Origin: Candidatus Sulfomarinibacteraceae bacterium
GTDB lineage: Bacteria; Acidobacteriota; Thermoanaerobaculia; Thermoanaerobaculales; Sulfomarinibacteraceae
Assembly: GCA_963796455.1 (NCBI GenBank)
Contig: CAWCLO010000005.1
Location: 96,001-160,000 of the forward strand
Length of the DNA stretch: 64,000 nt
Reading direction: 5' to 3'
Within the stretch, counting starts at the first letter, position 1, and each line of letters opens with the position of its first letter. Positions 18,444 to 28,883 of the stretch are shown one piece after another. The notes beneath the pieces were generated by a model. It searched no databases. It saw nothing but the letters and a program-made list of their open reading frames with translations, and was not told the DNA's origin. Position numbers and translations under genes: made by a program.

Positions 18444-19707
18444 ATGATCGATCGCGGCAGATGGGACTGGGAAGTCGGGAAAAAGTCCGTCTGTGATCTT
18501 CGAGCGTTGCGAAGCGGTTCACCGAGGTTCACGAGTTCGTGGTGAGTCCGGACGGCGAGTGCATCGCCGCGCCGGTTCTGACGGCTCCAGAGATGTTTCG
18601 GCGTGTGCGTCAACGGTTCGTTGTGGGACGGCGAGTTCGAAAAGGCGTGGCACCCGATCTTCGCGCCCGACGGACGGTTGGATCCCTGGTCCGCATCGAC
18701 GATGAGTGGACCCTTGCCGTCGATGGTGAGCCCTGGGAACAGCGTTGGGAGTTTGCCTGGAACCCGGTCTTCAGCCGCGACGGTTCGATTGTCGCGGTAC
18801 AGATCAAGGACAACATGCAGTACACCGTGGCGGTCAACGGGGAGCGGTGGGAGAAGACCTTTCACTCCTCTCGAGGGCTCGCCATCAGTGACGACGGCAG
18901 CAAAGTCGGTTGCGGTGGTCCAGGTGGAGCCGTTGGCCGAGGCCGACACCGTCGGATTCATGGAGGGAACCTGGAGTCTCGCCGTCAATGGCGAAGCCTG
19001 GCAGCGCAAGTTCATCAATGTCTACGGGCCGGCGATCAGCGCGGACGGTGGCGGTGTGGCCGCCGAAGTGCGGCTGGACATCTGCGAATACACTCTGGCT
19101 GAAAACGCCGAGCCATGGGCGGGGCGTTTTGGGTGTGTCTGGGAGCCCAGCTATCGCAATGGAAGCCGGAACCTGCTGGCGCCCGTCCGGGTCAACGGTT
19201 CGTGGACGATCGCCGAAAACGGCAGCCCGATCTGGGACAGCCGATTCATGCAGTTGTGGAACCAGCGTCTGAGCCCTGATGGCGACACGTCGCGGCGGTG
19301 GCGGCACCCGGCTTCGGCAGTTGGACGGTTGTAGTAGACGATCGAGGCTGGGGAGTGTCATTCGATGATCTGGTGCTGCCGCCGGTGTTTTCACCGGATG
19401 GTCGGCGAGTCGCGGCTGGAGTGAGGGGCAACGGCTCGTGGGCCATGGCGGTGGACGGCAACCACTGGCCGGAGACCTTCGACATGGTGTGGGACCCGGT
19501 TTTCTCCTCTGGGCGATCGGGTAGTGGCCAAGGTGGAGAAAGACGGACGGTTTGCGATTGCGGTTGACGGCAGGTCTGGAGCCCGTGGTACGAAGCGCTG
19601 TGGGATCCGATTTTCAGTCCAGACGGCAGAGGCTGCTGATCCGCGCCGTGGAGAACGGAGTCTACCTCCGCTAGGTGGTGCCATTCGACGCCATTTTCCA
19701 AGGTTGA
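18444..19707 (+). pseudogene. tmcD: TmcD-like Trp-rich beta-propeller subunit, broken by several frameshifts and one TAG as assembled
   Basis: MIDRGRWDWE start; repeated W.PVFS.DG / W..AVDG..W units spread over all three frames; TAG at 19672-19674; directly upstream of tmcC/tmcB-like genes. Confidence 0.65.
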
Positions 19708-19720
19708 GGAGGGAGGGAGC

Positions 19721-20368
19721 ATGTACGAATTCGTTCGCGGCCCCCTGGTCTGGATCGCCTTCATCGGTTTCTTCGGCGGGCTGGCCTACCAATTCATCAC
19801 GATGGCGCTGTTGGCGCGTAAAGACAAGGTTATCTACCCGACCTTCGACGCCAAGTACGGGGCCCGTTCACTCCTCCATTGGGTCCTGCCGTTCGGCGGA
19901 CGGAATATGCGTCTGCATCCGCTCTACACCCTGCTGTCCTACGCTTTCCACATCTGCGTTCTCGTGACTCCCCTGTTCCTCATGGGGCACGCGGTGCTGT
20001 GGCAGGAATCGTGGGGCATTCGCTGGTGGAGCCTGCCGGAAGGCGTTGCAGATGTCATGACCCTGGTGGTCATTGTTGCCTGCTTCTTCTTCATTGTCCG
20101 GCGGTTGGTTCGTCCCGAGGTTCGCAATGTCAGCTACCCGTCGGACTTCCTGCTCGCGCTCTTGGTGATGGCGCCGTTCGTGACGGGCTTCGTGGCCCAC
20201 CAGCAGTGGCTGCCCTACGAGCCGATGATCGTGATCCACGGCCTCTCAGGGGCGTTGGCGCTGCTGGCGATTCCGTGGACACGGTTGGTCCACATGCTGT
20301 GGTTTGTTTTTACCCGGGCCTACATGGGCGCTGAATTCGGCGCCGTGCGCCACTCGAGGGACTGGTAA
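19721..20368 (+). CDS. tmcC: TmcC/HmcE-like cytochrome b membrane anchor
   Basis: MYEFVRGPLVW, FHICVLVTPLFLMGH, IPWTRLVHM. Confidence 0.75.
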   Translation: MYEFVRGPLVWIAFIGFFGGLAYQFITMALLARKDKVIYPTFDAKYGARSLLHWVLPFGGRNMRLHPLYTLLSYAFHICVLVTPLFLMGHAVLWQESWGIRWWSLPEGVADVMTLVVIVACFFFIVRRLVRPEVRNVSYPSDFLLALLVMAPFVTGFVAHQQWLPYEPMIVIHGLSGALALLAIPWTRLVHMLWFVFTRAYMGAEFGAVRHSRDW

Positions 20369-20411
20369 ATGTTTGTAAATGAGAGGGTTGGCGCTATGAG
20401 GATGAGGCGAC

Positions 20412-21731
20412 ATGGCTGATCTTCAAGACATCCAGATCATCGACCCCGGTGTGGACGACAACATCGCGAAGCTCACACCGGAACAGATCGAGAAGACCAT
20501 CAACAAGGTGCTGACCCAGGAGTGTGCGGCGCGTCTCGAGGTCTACCTCCAGACCTGCGTCCATTGCGGGCTGTGTGCCGAATCCTGCCAGAGCTATATC
20601 TCGCGCAACGGCGACCCGGACTATGCGCCTGTGGCCAAGGTCGAGAACACGCTGTGGGAGATGGTCAAGCAAAAGGGAAAGGTGGATCACGAATTCCTCC
20701 ACAACGCAGCGCGCATCGCGTTCATTGACTGTGGAGCGTGCCGGCGCTGCAGCATGTACTGCCCATTCGGCATCGACATCTCCTATCTGATCATGACCGT
20801 GCGACGGATCTTGAACCTCCTCGGCGTCGTGCCCCAGTACCTCCAGGACACGACCAACAGCCACGCGGCGACCATGAACCAGATGTGGGTCCAGCAGGAT
20901 GACTGGATCGACACCCTGATGTGGCAGGAGGAGGACGCCCAGGCCGAACTGGCCGGGACCCGCATTCCGCTCGACAAGATCGGCGCCGAGGTCATGTACT
21001 CGATCATCGGCCCCGAACCGAAGATCCTCGCCCAGCTGATCGCCAACATGGCGATCATCTTCAAGGTTGCGGGGACGGACTGGACCATGCCCTCGACCGA
21101 CGGTTGGGACAACTCCAACATGGCGATGTATTCGGGCGATTTCGAGACCATGGGCCGGGTCGAGCGTTTGCATTGGGAACGGGCCATGCAACTCAAGGTC
21201 AAAAGGATCGTGATGGGTGAGTGCGGCCACGCCTACCGCGGCGCGGTCTACGACGGCCCGCGGTGGTTGGGTTGGACCAAGCCCCCGATCCCGATGGTGC
21301 ACGCCGTCGAGTTCTACTACGAACTTCTGAAGAGCGGCCGGATCAAGATCGCGCGCAAGATCGAAGAGCCGGTCACTGTCCAGGATCCCTGCAACATCGT
21401 CCGCGGCCGCGGTCTGCACGAAAAACTGCGCTACGTGGTCAACGAAATCTGCGAGGACTTCCGCGACATGGACCCCCGCTACGAACACAACTACTGCTGC
21501 CAGGCCGGCGGTGGGCTCATCAATTGCGGTCCACCCTGGAAGCTCTCCCGGATGAAGAGCAACAAGGTCAAAGCGGAGCAGATCGGGGATACCGGTGCGC
21601 ACACGGTGATCACCCCGTGCCACAACTGCCACTCGGGCATCGAGGACATCATCGGCCACTACAAACTCGGCTGCCACGTCTCGTTCATCAGCGAGATGCT
21701 GGTCAAGACGATGGAAATGCCGGAAGCGTGA
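20412..21731 (+). CDS. tmcB: TmcB/HmcF-like (Fe-S) CCG-domain protein
   Basis: CVHCGLCAESC, CGACRRCSMYCPFG, GECGH, QDPCN, CCQAGG, PCHNC. Confidence 0.75.
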   Translation: MADLQDIQIIDPGVDDNIAKLTPEQIEKTINKVLTQECAARLEVYLQTCVHCGLCAESCQSYISRNGDPDYAPVAKVENTLWEMVKQKGKVDHEFLHNAARIAFIDCGACRRCSMYCPFGIDISYLIMTVRRILNLLGVVPQYLQDTTNSHAATMNQMWVQQDDWIDTLMWQEEDAQAELAGTRIPLDKIGAEVMYSIIGPEPKILAQLIANMAIIFKVAGTDWTMPSTDGWDNSNMAMYSGDFETMGRVERLHWERAMQLKVKRIVMGECGHAYRGAVYDGPRWLGWTKPPIPMVHAVEFYYELLKSGRIKIARKIEEPVTVQDPCNIVRGRGLHEKLRYVVNEICEDFRDMDPRYEHNYCCQAGGGLINCGPPWKLSRMKSNKVKAEQIGDTGAHTVITPCHNCHSGIEDIIGHYKLGCHVSFISEMLVKTMEMPEA

Positions 21732-21744
21732 GGGGAGGGACACA

Positions 21745-23253
21745 ATGCATAAAAGAACACTGCCTTTCCTGACCTTCAGCCTGATCATGATGATTGCTGT
21801 TTTCGTGGGGACTTCAGGCGCCGATGACGAGGGGCCGAGAACGATCGCGCCGACGACTCTCACCATGGATTTCCCGGCCGCCTTTGGCGAAATGCAGCGG
21901 CCGGCCGTCGAATTCGATCATGGGGCCCACACCAAGGCCCTCGAAGAAAAGGGTTGTGAGACCTGCCATCGAATCGACGACAAGCTCGTACTGATTCCCA
22001 CCATGAAGTCGGTTCTCGCCGCCGACAATCGCGACCAGGCGATCGACGGCTACCACGACGCCTGTGTGAATTGTCACCGCGATCGCGCCGCGGATTCTCT
22101 GACCGCGGGGCCGGTGACCTGCGGCGAGTGCCACGTTCGACGTCTTCCGGGAATCTCGTCTCGTGTGTCGATGGAATTCGATTACTCGCTGCACGCACGC
22201 CACGTGAAGGCGTCGGAGGACAAGTGCGAGAACTGCCACCACGTCTACGACGAGGTGGCTGAAGAACTGAAGTACGAAAAGGGCAAGGAAGAGGGATGCC
22301 GTGCCTGCCACGGAGCCGAAGACGAAGACCGCAAGCTGTCTCTGGCCAACGCTTCCCACCGTCAATGCGTCTCCTGTCACCTCGAGCGTACCGAAGCCGG
22401 GCTCGAAGCAGGCCCGGTTTTCTGCGTCGGCTGTCACGATCAGGAGCAACGCAACGCCATCCAGGTCCTGGCCGAAGTTCCGCGACTCCTGCGCGGCCAG
22501 GCGGACACCATCTGGGTCACCAGCGAGGAATCGAAGTCGCCGTCGGTGGCTTTCAACCACCTTGCGCACGAAGGGCAGACGACTTTTTGCTCCGACTGCC
22601 ATCACCGCACTCTCCAGGCCTGCGACGACTGCCACACACTCACAGGGACGGTCGAGGGAGCGGGTGTGACTGTGGCTCAGTCATACCACCTCAAGACCTC
22701 GCAACACAGCTGTGTCGGATGCCATACGACGGTTGCGGCCGAGCATCCACAGTGTTCGGGTTGCCACAGCGTTCCGAATGCGGTTCCGGCCGATCGGGCG
22801 TGCGCCATCTGCCATAGCGGGCCCCTGGCCGGGAGCGCGGCGATCGAGAGGCCGCCGTTGGCGGAGGACCGTCTCCTCGGGCCGCTGCCCTCGTTCTCCG
22901 ACGACTATCCGGAAACCGTGGTCATCGATTTCTTGGTCGATCGCTACGAGGCATCGACCCTTCCGCACGCCAAGATCGTCAGTGCGCTCGAAACCGGGAC
23001 GAGGGAAAGCACGCTCGCTGCGGCGTTCCACGAAGAAACGACAACGCTGTGTTCGGGCTGCCACCACCACACGCCCATCGGGGTACGACCGCCCCCGTGC
23101 CGGTCCTGTCACGGCGAGAAAGCCGACGCAACCAGGGACCGGCCCGGCCTCAAGGTCGCCTATCACCGGCAGTGTGTCGGCTGCCACGTCCAGATGGGGG
23201 TCGCGAAACAGGGTTGCACCGACTGCCACGCCGCGAAGGAGGATCAATCATGA
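21745..23253 (+). CDS. hmcA: 16-haem high-molecular-weight cytochrome c
   Basis: Signal peptide and 16 CxxCH motifs counted, in a cytochrome c3-like arrangement. Confidence 0.88.
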   Translation: MHKRTLPFLTFSLIMMIAVFVGTSGADDEGPRTIAPTTLTMDFPAAFGEMQRPAVEFDHGAHTKALEEKGCETCHRIDDKLVLIPTMKSVLAADNRDQAIDGYHDACVNCHRDRAADSLTAGPVTCGECHVRRLPGISSRVSMEFDYSLHARHVKASEDKCENCHHVYDEVAEELKYEKGKEEGCRACHGAEDEDRKLSLANASHRQCVSCHLERTEAGLEAGPVFCVGCHDQEQRNAIQVLAEVPRLLRGQADTIWVTSEESKSPSVAFNHLAHEGQTTFCSDCHHRTLQACDDCHTLTGTVEGAGVTVAQSYHLKTSQHSCVGCHTTVAAEHPQCSGCHSVPNAVPADRACAICHSGPLAGSAAIERPPLAEDRLLGPLPSFSDDYPETVVIDFLVDRYEASTLPHAKIVSALETGTRESTLAAAFHEETTTLCSGCHHHTPIGVRPPPCRSCHGEKADATRDRPGLKVAYHRQCVGCHVQMGVAKQGCTDCHAAKEDQS

Positions 23254-24287
23254 CCGTTTCACGTCGGGGTTTCGTTGGAGGGGCGGTCGGAGCCATGCTC
23301 GGTGCGGGCGCGGCGGACGCCGGAACCGTCAAGCATTTCGACGGCTACCCGGGACGCTACGGCCTGCTTCATGACACGACACTCTGCGTCGGATGCAGAT
23401 CGTGCGAGGTCGCCTGTGCGGAGGTCAATGAGCTTCCGAAACCGGCGATCCCGGTCGACGACCCGGTGGCTTTCGAGACCACCAGGAGGACATCGGATAC
23501 CGCCCTCACGGTCGTCAACCGCTATGTCGATGGGACCGGCGACGAGCCGGACGTCTACCGCAAACTGCAGTGCATGCACTGCAACGAGCCGTGCTGCGCG
23601 ACGGTGTGCCTGGTCCACGCCTTCGAGAAGACACCCGAGGGCCCGGTCCTCTACCATCCCGAACTCTGCATGGGTTGCCGCTACTGCATCACGGCGTGCC
23701 CTTACAACGCCCTGGCGTACGAGTACGACAACCCGCTGACACCAGAGGTCATGCGCTGCACCATGTGCTACCCGCGCATCAAGGAGGGGCTGGTGCCCGG
23801 CTGCGCAGAGGCCTGCCCAATGGGTGCGATCACCTTTGGAGAGCGGGAAGAACTGCTCGAGGTGGCGCGGGAGCGGATTCGAAAGTACCCCGACCGCTAC
23901 ATCAACCACATCTTCGGCGAACACGAATTCGGCGGCACCAGCTGGCTCGTGCTCGCAGGAGAGGCGTTCGGAAAGCTCGGTCTCGAAGAAGGCCTCACTT
24001 CGGAACCGCTGCCGGCGATTGCCACGAGCTACCTGGGGGTCGTTCCGCTGGTGCTGACGATCTATCCCGGGCTCCTGATGGGAATCCACGCCTTCACCAA
24101 GCGCCAGGAAGCGGTGGCGAAGCGAGAGAAAAACGAGGCGGTTGCCCAGACGCTGGAGGCCGCCGGTGAAGAGACGAAGAAGAAGCTCGCCGCAGCGGCG
24201 GAACGAGCCGCCAAGGACAAGGAACGAGCGGTCGCTGCCGCAGTCAAGAAGGCGCTCGCCGAGGCCGAGAAAGGGGCTGACTCATGA
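23250..24287 (+). CDS. hmcB: HmcB-like Tat-exported 4x[4Fe-4S] protein with membrane anchor
   Basis: SRRGFV Tat motif; CVGCRSCEVAC, CMHCNEPCCATVC, CMGCRYCITACP, CTMC; C-terminal TM and Ala/Lys tail. Confidence 0.85.
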   Translation: MTVSRRGFVGGAVGAMLGAGAADAGTVKHFDGYPGRYGLLHDTTLCVGCRSCEVACAEVNELPKPAIPVDDPVAFETTRRTSDTALTVVNRYVDGTGDEPDVYRKLQCMHCNEPCCATVCLVHAFEKTPEGPVLYHPELCMGCRYCITACPYNALAYEYDNPLTPEVMRCTMCYPRIKEGLVPGCAEACPMGAITFGEREELLEVARERIRKYPDRYINHIFGEHEFGGTSWLVLAGEAFGKLGLEEGLTSEPLPAIATSYLGVVPLVLTIYPGLLMGIHAFTKRQEAVAKREKNEAVAQTLEAAGEETKKKLAAAAERAAKDKERAVAAAVKKALAEAEKGADS

Positions 24288-25472
24288 TTGACGCAACCGT
24301 TGATGTCAGCCCGTCGCCTGCCGGGAAAGCGGGATACCTGACGCCGTTCAACATCATCACGAGCATCATCCTCGCCGGGGGTGCGGTGATTCTCGGCATC
24401 CGCTTCATCTACGGGCTGTCGGCCACGACAAACCTCGACCACAACTACCCGTGGGGCATTTGGATCGGGTTCGATGTGATGAGCGGAGTTGCCCTTGCCG
24501 CGGGCGGCTTTGTGACCTCGACGGCGGTCTACGTCTTCGGGATGAAGGAGTACAAGCCGGTTGTTCGCGCGGCAATCCTGACCGGCTTTCCTGGGGTACT
24601 TCCTGGTCGTCCTCGGTTTGCTCGCCGATCTCGGTCGGCCGTGGCGGTTGCCGTACGCGTTCATCAAATCGGCCGGGCCGACCTCCCCGCTCTTCGAGGT
24701 GTCCCTGTGCGTGGCGCTCTATCTGACCGTGTTGTTCATCGAGTCGACGCCGGCGGTGCTCGAGTGGCTCGGCCTCAAACGGTGGCGGAAAGTGGTGGGC
24801 AGCCTGACTCTCGGCCTCACCATCTTCGGGCTGATCCTCTCGACGATGCACCAGTCGACCCTGGGAGCGATGTTCATGTCGGTCCCGACGAAGCTCCACC
24901 CCCTGTGGTATTCAGCGCACATCCCGGTGCACTTCTTCGTCTCCGCGGTCGCGGCGGGGTTGTCGATGGTCATTGTCGAAGGGATGTTTTCCCATCGCGC
25001 GTACCACGACAAGGTCGACATCACCACTCAGCATTTCGAGAACATCAATTTCGGTCTGGCCAAGGCGGCGTCGGTCACCCTTGGAATCTACCTGGCAATC
25101 AAGATCGTTGCCCTGGCCCTCGAAGACGAGTGGCACCTCCTGGCAACCGGATGGGGCGCGTGGTATCTGGTCGAGGTGGTGGGTTTTGTTCTCCTGCCGT
25201 GTGTGCTCTTCGCTGTGGGCTATCGAGAGCGAAAGCTGGTGCTGGTGAGGACAGCGGCGGTCATAACCGTGTTGGGAATCGTCCTCAACAGGTTCAACAC
25301 GACCTTCATCGTATTCAACTACAACTTGCCGGCCAGTCAGCGCTACGTCCCGTCGTGGATGGAAATCTGGGTGACGGTGGCATTCATCACCTTTGCGGTG
25401 GTGGTCTTCCGATGGATCGCGAACCGCATGCCGATCATGTACGAGCACCCCGACTGGCGTGGGCAGCACTAA
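24284..25472 (+). CDS. hmcC: HmcC-like NrfD/HybB membrane protein (one frameshift near 24590)
   Basis: YPWGIWIGFDVMSGVALAAGG, then DLGRPWRL and MHQSTLG in the next frame; removing one T of GGCTTTC joins them. Confidence 0.8.
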
Positions 25473-25479
25473 GGAGCCG

Positions 25480-25605
25480 ATGATGCACACACTTTTTGAT
25501 TTCCTCACCCACACCAAAGCCATCGGCTACATCGTGGCCTTCGGCCTGTTGCTGGGGTTCATCCCGTTTTGGAAATTCTTGACAGAGCGCGAGCGAGAGG
25601 AATAA
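25480..25605 (+). CDS. hmcD: HmcD-like small membrane protein
   Basis: MHTLFDFLTHTKAIGYIV...FWKFLT, 41 aa, AAGGAG RBS, follows hmcC. Confidence 0.75.
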   Translation: MMHTLFDFLTHTKAIGYIVAFGLLLGFIPFWKFLTEREREE

Positions 25606-25642
25606 TTCAATGAATGTTGTTTTCTCAGAAACGGAGGTCGCG

Positions 25643-26008
25643 ATGAGTCACACTGTCCTGGTCGTGGACGACGAGGCCGATATCCGGAAGTTCATCACGG
25701 CGGTTCTCCAGAAGAGGGGTTACGAGACCCTGACGGCCGAGAACGGGCGCGAGGCTTTCGACGTGGTGGAAAGCGAACGGCCGGATCTCATCATTCTCGA
25801 TCTGCAGATGCCCAACCAAACCGGGACCGATTTTTTCCGCCGTCTTTCCAAGGACAAGGACCTGTCGGCCATCCCGGTGATCGTCGTCAGCGGTCTCGCC
25901 GGCCGCCACCTGGCTGTGCGGGAGCCGTTTGCTGTTTTCGACAAGCCGATCGATCCGGATGAGTTCGGTGAGACCGTAGACCGCGCGTTGGGTCTGCATG
26001 AAGAATGA
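25643..26008 (+). CDS. Single-domain response regulator
   Basis: VVDD, DLIILDLQMP, IPVIVVSG, KP. Confidence 0.9.
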   Translation: MSHTVLVVDDEADIRKFITAVLQKRGYETLTAENGREAFDVVESERPDLIILDLQMPNQTGTDFFRRLSKDKDLSAIPVIVVSGLAGRHLAVREPFAVFDKPIDPDEFGETVDRALGLHEE

Positions 26009-26095
26009 CGAGATTGTCGTGGAGATTCCTTTGATTTCCAGTGGCAACGAGAAGAGGCAGGGGCCAGGCCCCATTCTCACTCCCGAGAAAGGAGT

Positions 26096-26929
26096 ATGAC
26101 CATGAACGTTCTAGAGAGAAACAAGAAGACCGGCGGGGTGGTGCAGAAAAAGGACCACTCGAATCCTCGAACGCGACTGACGGCGGTAGAGAAAATGGAC
26201 GATCCGGAAGCTCTGATCGAAGTGGCGTGCACCGACGATTCACCACGGGTCCGCCTGACGGCGGTCTCCCGAATTCACGATGACATCAACTTGGAAAAGG
26301 TCGCGAAAGGGGCAGAGTTCCTCGATGTTCGCCTGGTGGCCGTTGAACGGATTTTTTCCCAGGGTGTCGTGGCTGGGCTTCTGAAGGCCCCGGAGAACCT
26401 CGAACTCATCGGGATGTGTTTCTCGAAGATCTCGGACCGCCGGATCATCGAGTCCATTGCTGAAGACCCGGACTACTCGGCAGCGGTGCGGCGGATGGCC
26501 GTCGAGTTCTTTGCCGACGAGTCGTATCTGTCCGAAATCACTGACAAGCAGGAGGAGCCCGAGCGCAAGAGCGACGAGGCTGTGCAGGCCTTTGTCGAGG
26601 TCTATGGCGGTGGTCTCCGCGGAGTCCGGGCCATCGGGCGCTTCCGACGCAGCGAAAAGGCCCTGCGCGCACTGGGCACGATCGCCCGCCAGGGCGGGGA
26701 AACCGGTGGGCTCGCGGTCGAGTATCTGTGCTCGGCGCTTGGCAGCGCGAATGTGAAACTCGTCGAGTGTGCTGCGTCGGAACTCCAGCAACTCAAGGAG
26801 CCCGAGTTGGTCGATTGTGTGATCTGTGCCCTCGACAATCCTGGTTTGAGGGAACCGATCCGCGAAGTTTTGCGGCGAATCGACACCCCCGAGGCGCGTG
26901 CCGCCCTCGGTGACTCGGCAACCCAGTAA
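26096..26929 (+). CDS. Helical (HEAT-like) repeat hypothetical protein
   Basis: Repeated (V)RL.AV..I.D...L..(V/I)A units; AAGGAG RBS. Confidence 0.65.
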   Translation: MTMNVLERNKKTGGVVQKKDHSNPRTRLTAVEKMDDPEALIEVACTDDSPRVRLTAVSRIHDDINLEKVAKGAEFLDVRLVAVERIFSQGVVAGLLKAPENLELIGMCFSKISDRRIIESIAEDPDYSAAVRRMAVEFFADESYLSEITDKQEEPERKSDEAVQAFVEVYGGGLRGVRAIGRFRRSEKALRALGTIARQGGETGGLAVEYLCSALGSANVKLVECAASELQQLKEPELVDCVICALDNPGLREPIREVLRRIDTPEARAALGDSATQ

Positions 26930-26955
26930 TATTACCGAGATCGGAGGAGCGCACC

Positions 26956-27333
26956 ATGGCGAAGAAAGTTCTCATCATCGATGACGAAAAAGACATGCGA
27001 GTCTACCTCGAGGCGGTGTTCCGCAAAGCCGGTTACGAGACCGAAACCGCATCCAACGGTGAGGAGGGAGCGTGGCTGGCCGAGGCGCACCAGCCCGACC
27101 TGATCACTCTTGACGTTTTGATGCCGAAGAAGTCGGGTATCAAGGCCTACCGCGGTCTCCGCACCTCGGAGAAGACGAAGCATATCCCGATCGTGGTACT
27201 GACGGGTTTGACCCGGCTCGACGACTTCTTCGGCGATCTCGAGGAACTCCCTCAACCGGACGCTCTGGTTGAGAAACCGATTGAGCGGGACCTCTTCTTG
27301 GAAAAAGTGGAGGGAATTATCGGAGCTGCTTGA
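26956..27333 (+). CDS. Single-domain response regulator
   Basis: IIDD, DLITLDVLMP, IPIVVLTG, EKP. Confidence 0.9.
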   Translation: MAKKVLIIDDEKDMRVYLEAVFRKAGYETETASNGEEGAWLAEAHQPDLITLDVLMPKKSGIKAYRGLRTSEKTKHIPIVVLTGLTRLDDFFGDLEELPQPDALVEKPIERDLFLEKVEGIIGAA

Positions 27334-27354
27334 CAGCTCCGGCGGCCGGGTGTT

Positions 27355-28715
27355 TCAGGCCTCGACGGCTTGCGATGGGTGAACCACCGGATCTGCAGGA
27401 TGTTCGAGGTCGGCATTCGGGATTACGACGATGAATTTCGTCCCTTCTCCGGGGACGGATTCGAAAGTGACCTTTCCGCCGTGCTCTTCGGCCACCTTCT
27501 GGACCACGAGCAGGCCGATGCCCGTTCCCTCGGTTCCCTTGGACGAAAAGAAGTCCTGGAACACCTTGCTGTTGAGTTCCTCGGGAATGCCCGGTCCGTC
27601 GTCCTCGACCTCGAGGATTTGCGAGCCCTCTCCGTTCTGTCTGCAGCGGAGTGTCACGGTGTGGCGGCTCTTTGTCCGGGGAGGGATCGAAACGGCAGGC
27701 GTCGATCGCGTTGGCGACCAGATTGCAGAGCAGGCTGTGCAGGCCGTCCCTGTCGAAGGTCCCTCGACGCGGCGGGTTTCCGAACTCGGTGCGGATCTCG
27801 ATGTTCTCGCCCTTCATCCGAGCGGCATAGAGATCGCACACTTCGGTCACGATCTCCTGCGGGTCGACATCCGGCTGGAAGTTGGGCTCGCGGTCCTTGG
27901 AGCAGTAGAGCAGGTCCTTGACGATGCCGGTGACCAGTCCGACATTTCGCTCCACCATCTCCCAACCCATGCCGATGGCCTCGCGATCGTCCTCCTCGAG
28001 ACCGTCATTGACGATGAAGATGCCGCCCTCGAGCCCCATGAGGATGTTCTTGACCCGGTGTGCCATCCCGGCGACCGCGCGGCCGGTCAGGGCGAGTTGT
28101 CGCTGCAGGCGTTTGACCTCGGTGACATCGGTGAAGACTTCCATGACGGCTGAAATCTCGCCGTTGTCGTCATACACGGGTTGGGTGTGGACCACGACGT
28201 TGATCCGGCGCCCGTCGCGTGCGCACGAGCGTCTCCTCGCTGGAGTAGATCCCGCCGTCCGCAAAGGTCCGGTCGACCTGGCAGTCGAGGCACGGTTTGC
28301 TTCTCTTCTTGCAGATTTCGTAGCATAGAGAACGGTCTGTGACATCGAACTCCTTACGGTAGAGCGAGTTGGCCTCGATGACGTGGTGGTCCCGGTCGAG
28401 GACACAGATGAAGCACGGAACAGCGGCGAAGAGCTGGGCGCGGTCCCGTCTGGTCTGGAACAGTTCTCGGCGCAGATCGTCGATGGGCTCGACTGGCTCC
28501 TTGCTCCGACCCCGATTCCGGGCAACGATGCCTCCGACTGTGAGGATGGAGACCAGAGCCGCGCCGCCCACCGCCAGGGGCGGCAAGAACTGGGCTGCAA
28601 GGCCTACGGCCGCTGCCGTGGCGATGCTGCAAAAAAGAAAGATGAACGTCCGAGTCACGCCCGCGGCATTTGTTGCCGGCTGAGTGTTTTTGCTGGGTTG
28701 TGGCGGAACGGGCAC
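27355..28715 (-). CDS. Membrane PAS sensor histidine kinase (two apparent frameshifts, ~28225 and ~27665)
   Basis: TM pair, PAS with CYEIC..PCLDC, H-box GMAHRVKN, NLVANAIDAC, EDDGPGI, GTGIGL in successive frames; start uncertain. Confidence 0.7.
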
Positions 28716-28883
28716 CGCCTCGTGATCGCGGGTCTCGAGGCCGTTTGTTGATTCGGTGCGGATTTGAATTCCATTTGGTCAAAACGATGGTGCCTCGGCG
28801 GTAGTATGCCACAAATGTGGTTCTGCCGGAGTGTCCCGGTCGAACCGGAAGTGGGGTAAACTCCTTGATCCGAAGGGCATGTT

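Noticed and set aside
19672..19674. Pyrrolysine or read-through TAG in tmcD
   Set aside because: The gene is already riddled with indels and there is no supporting context; a base error or decay is simpler
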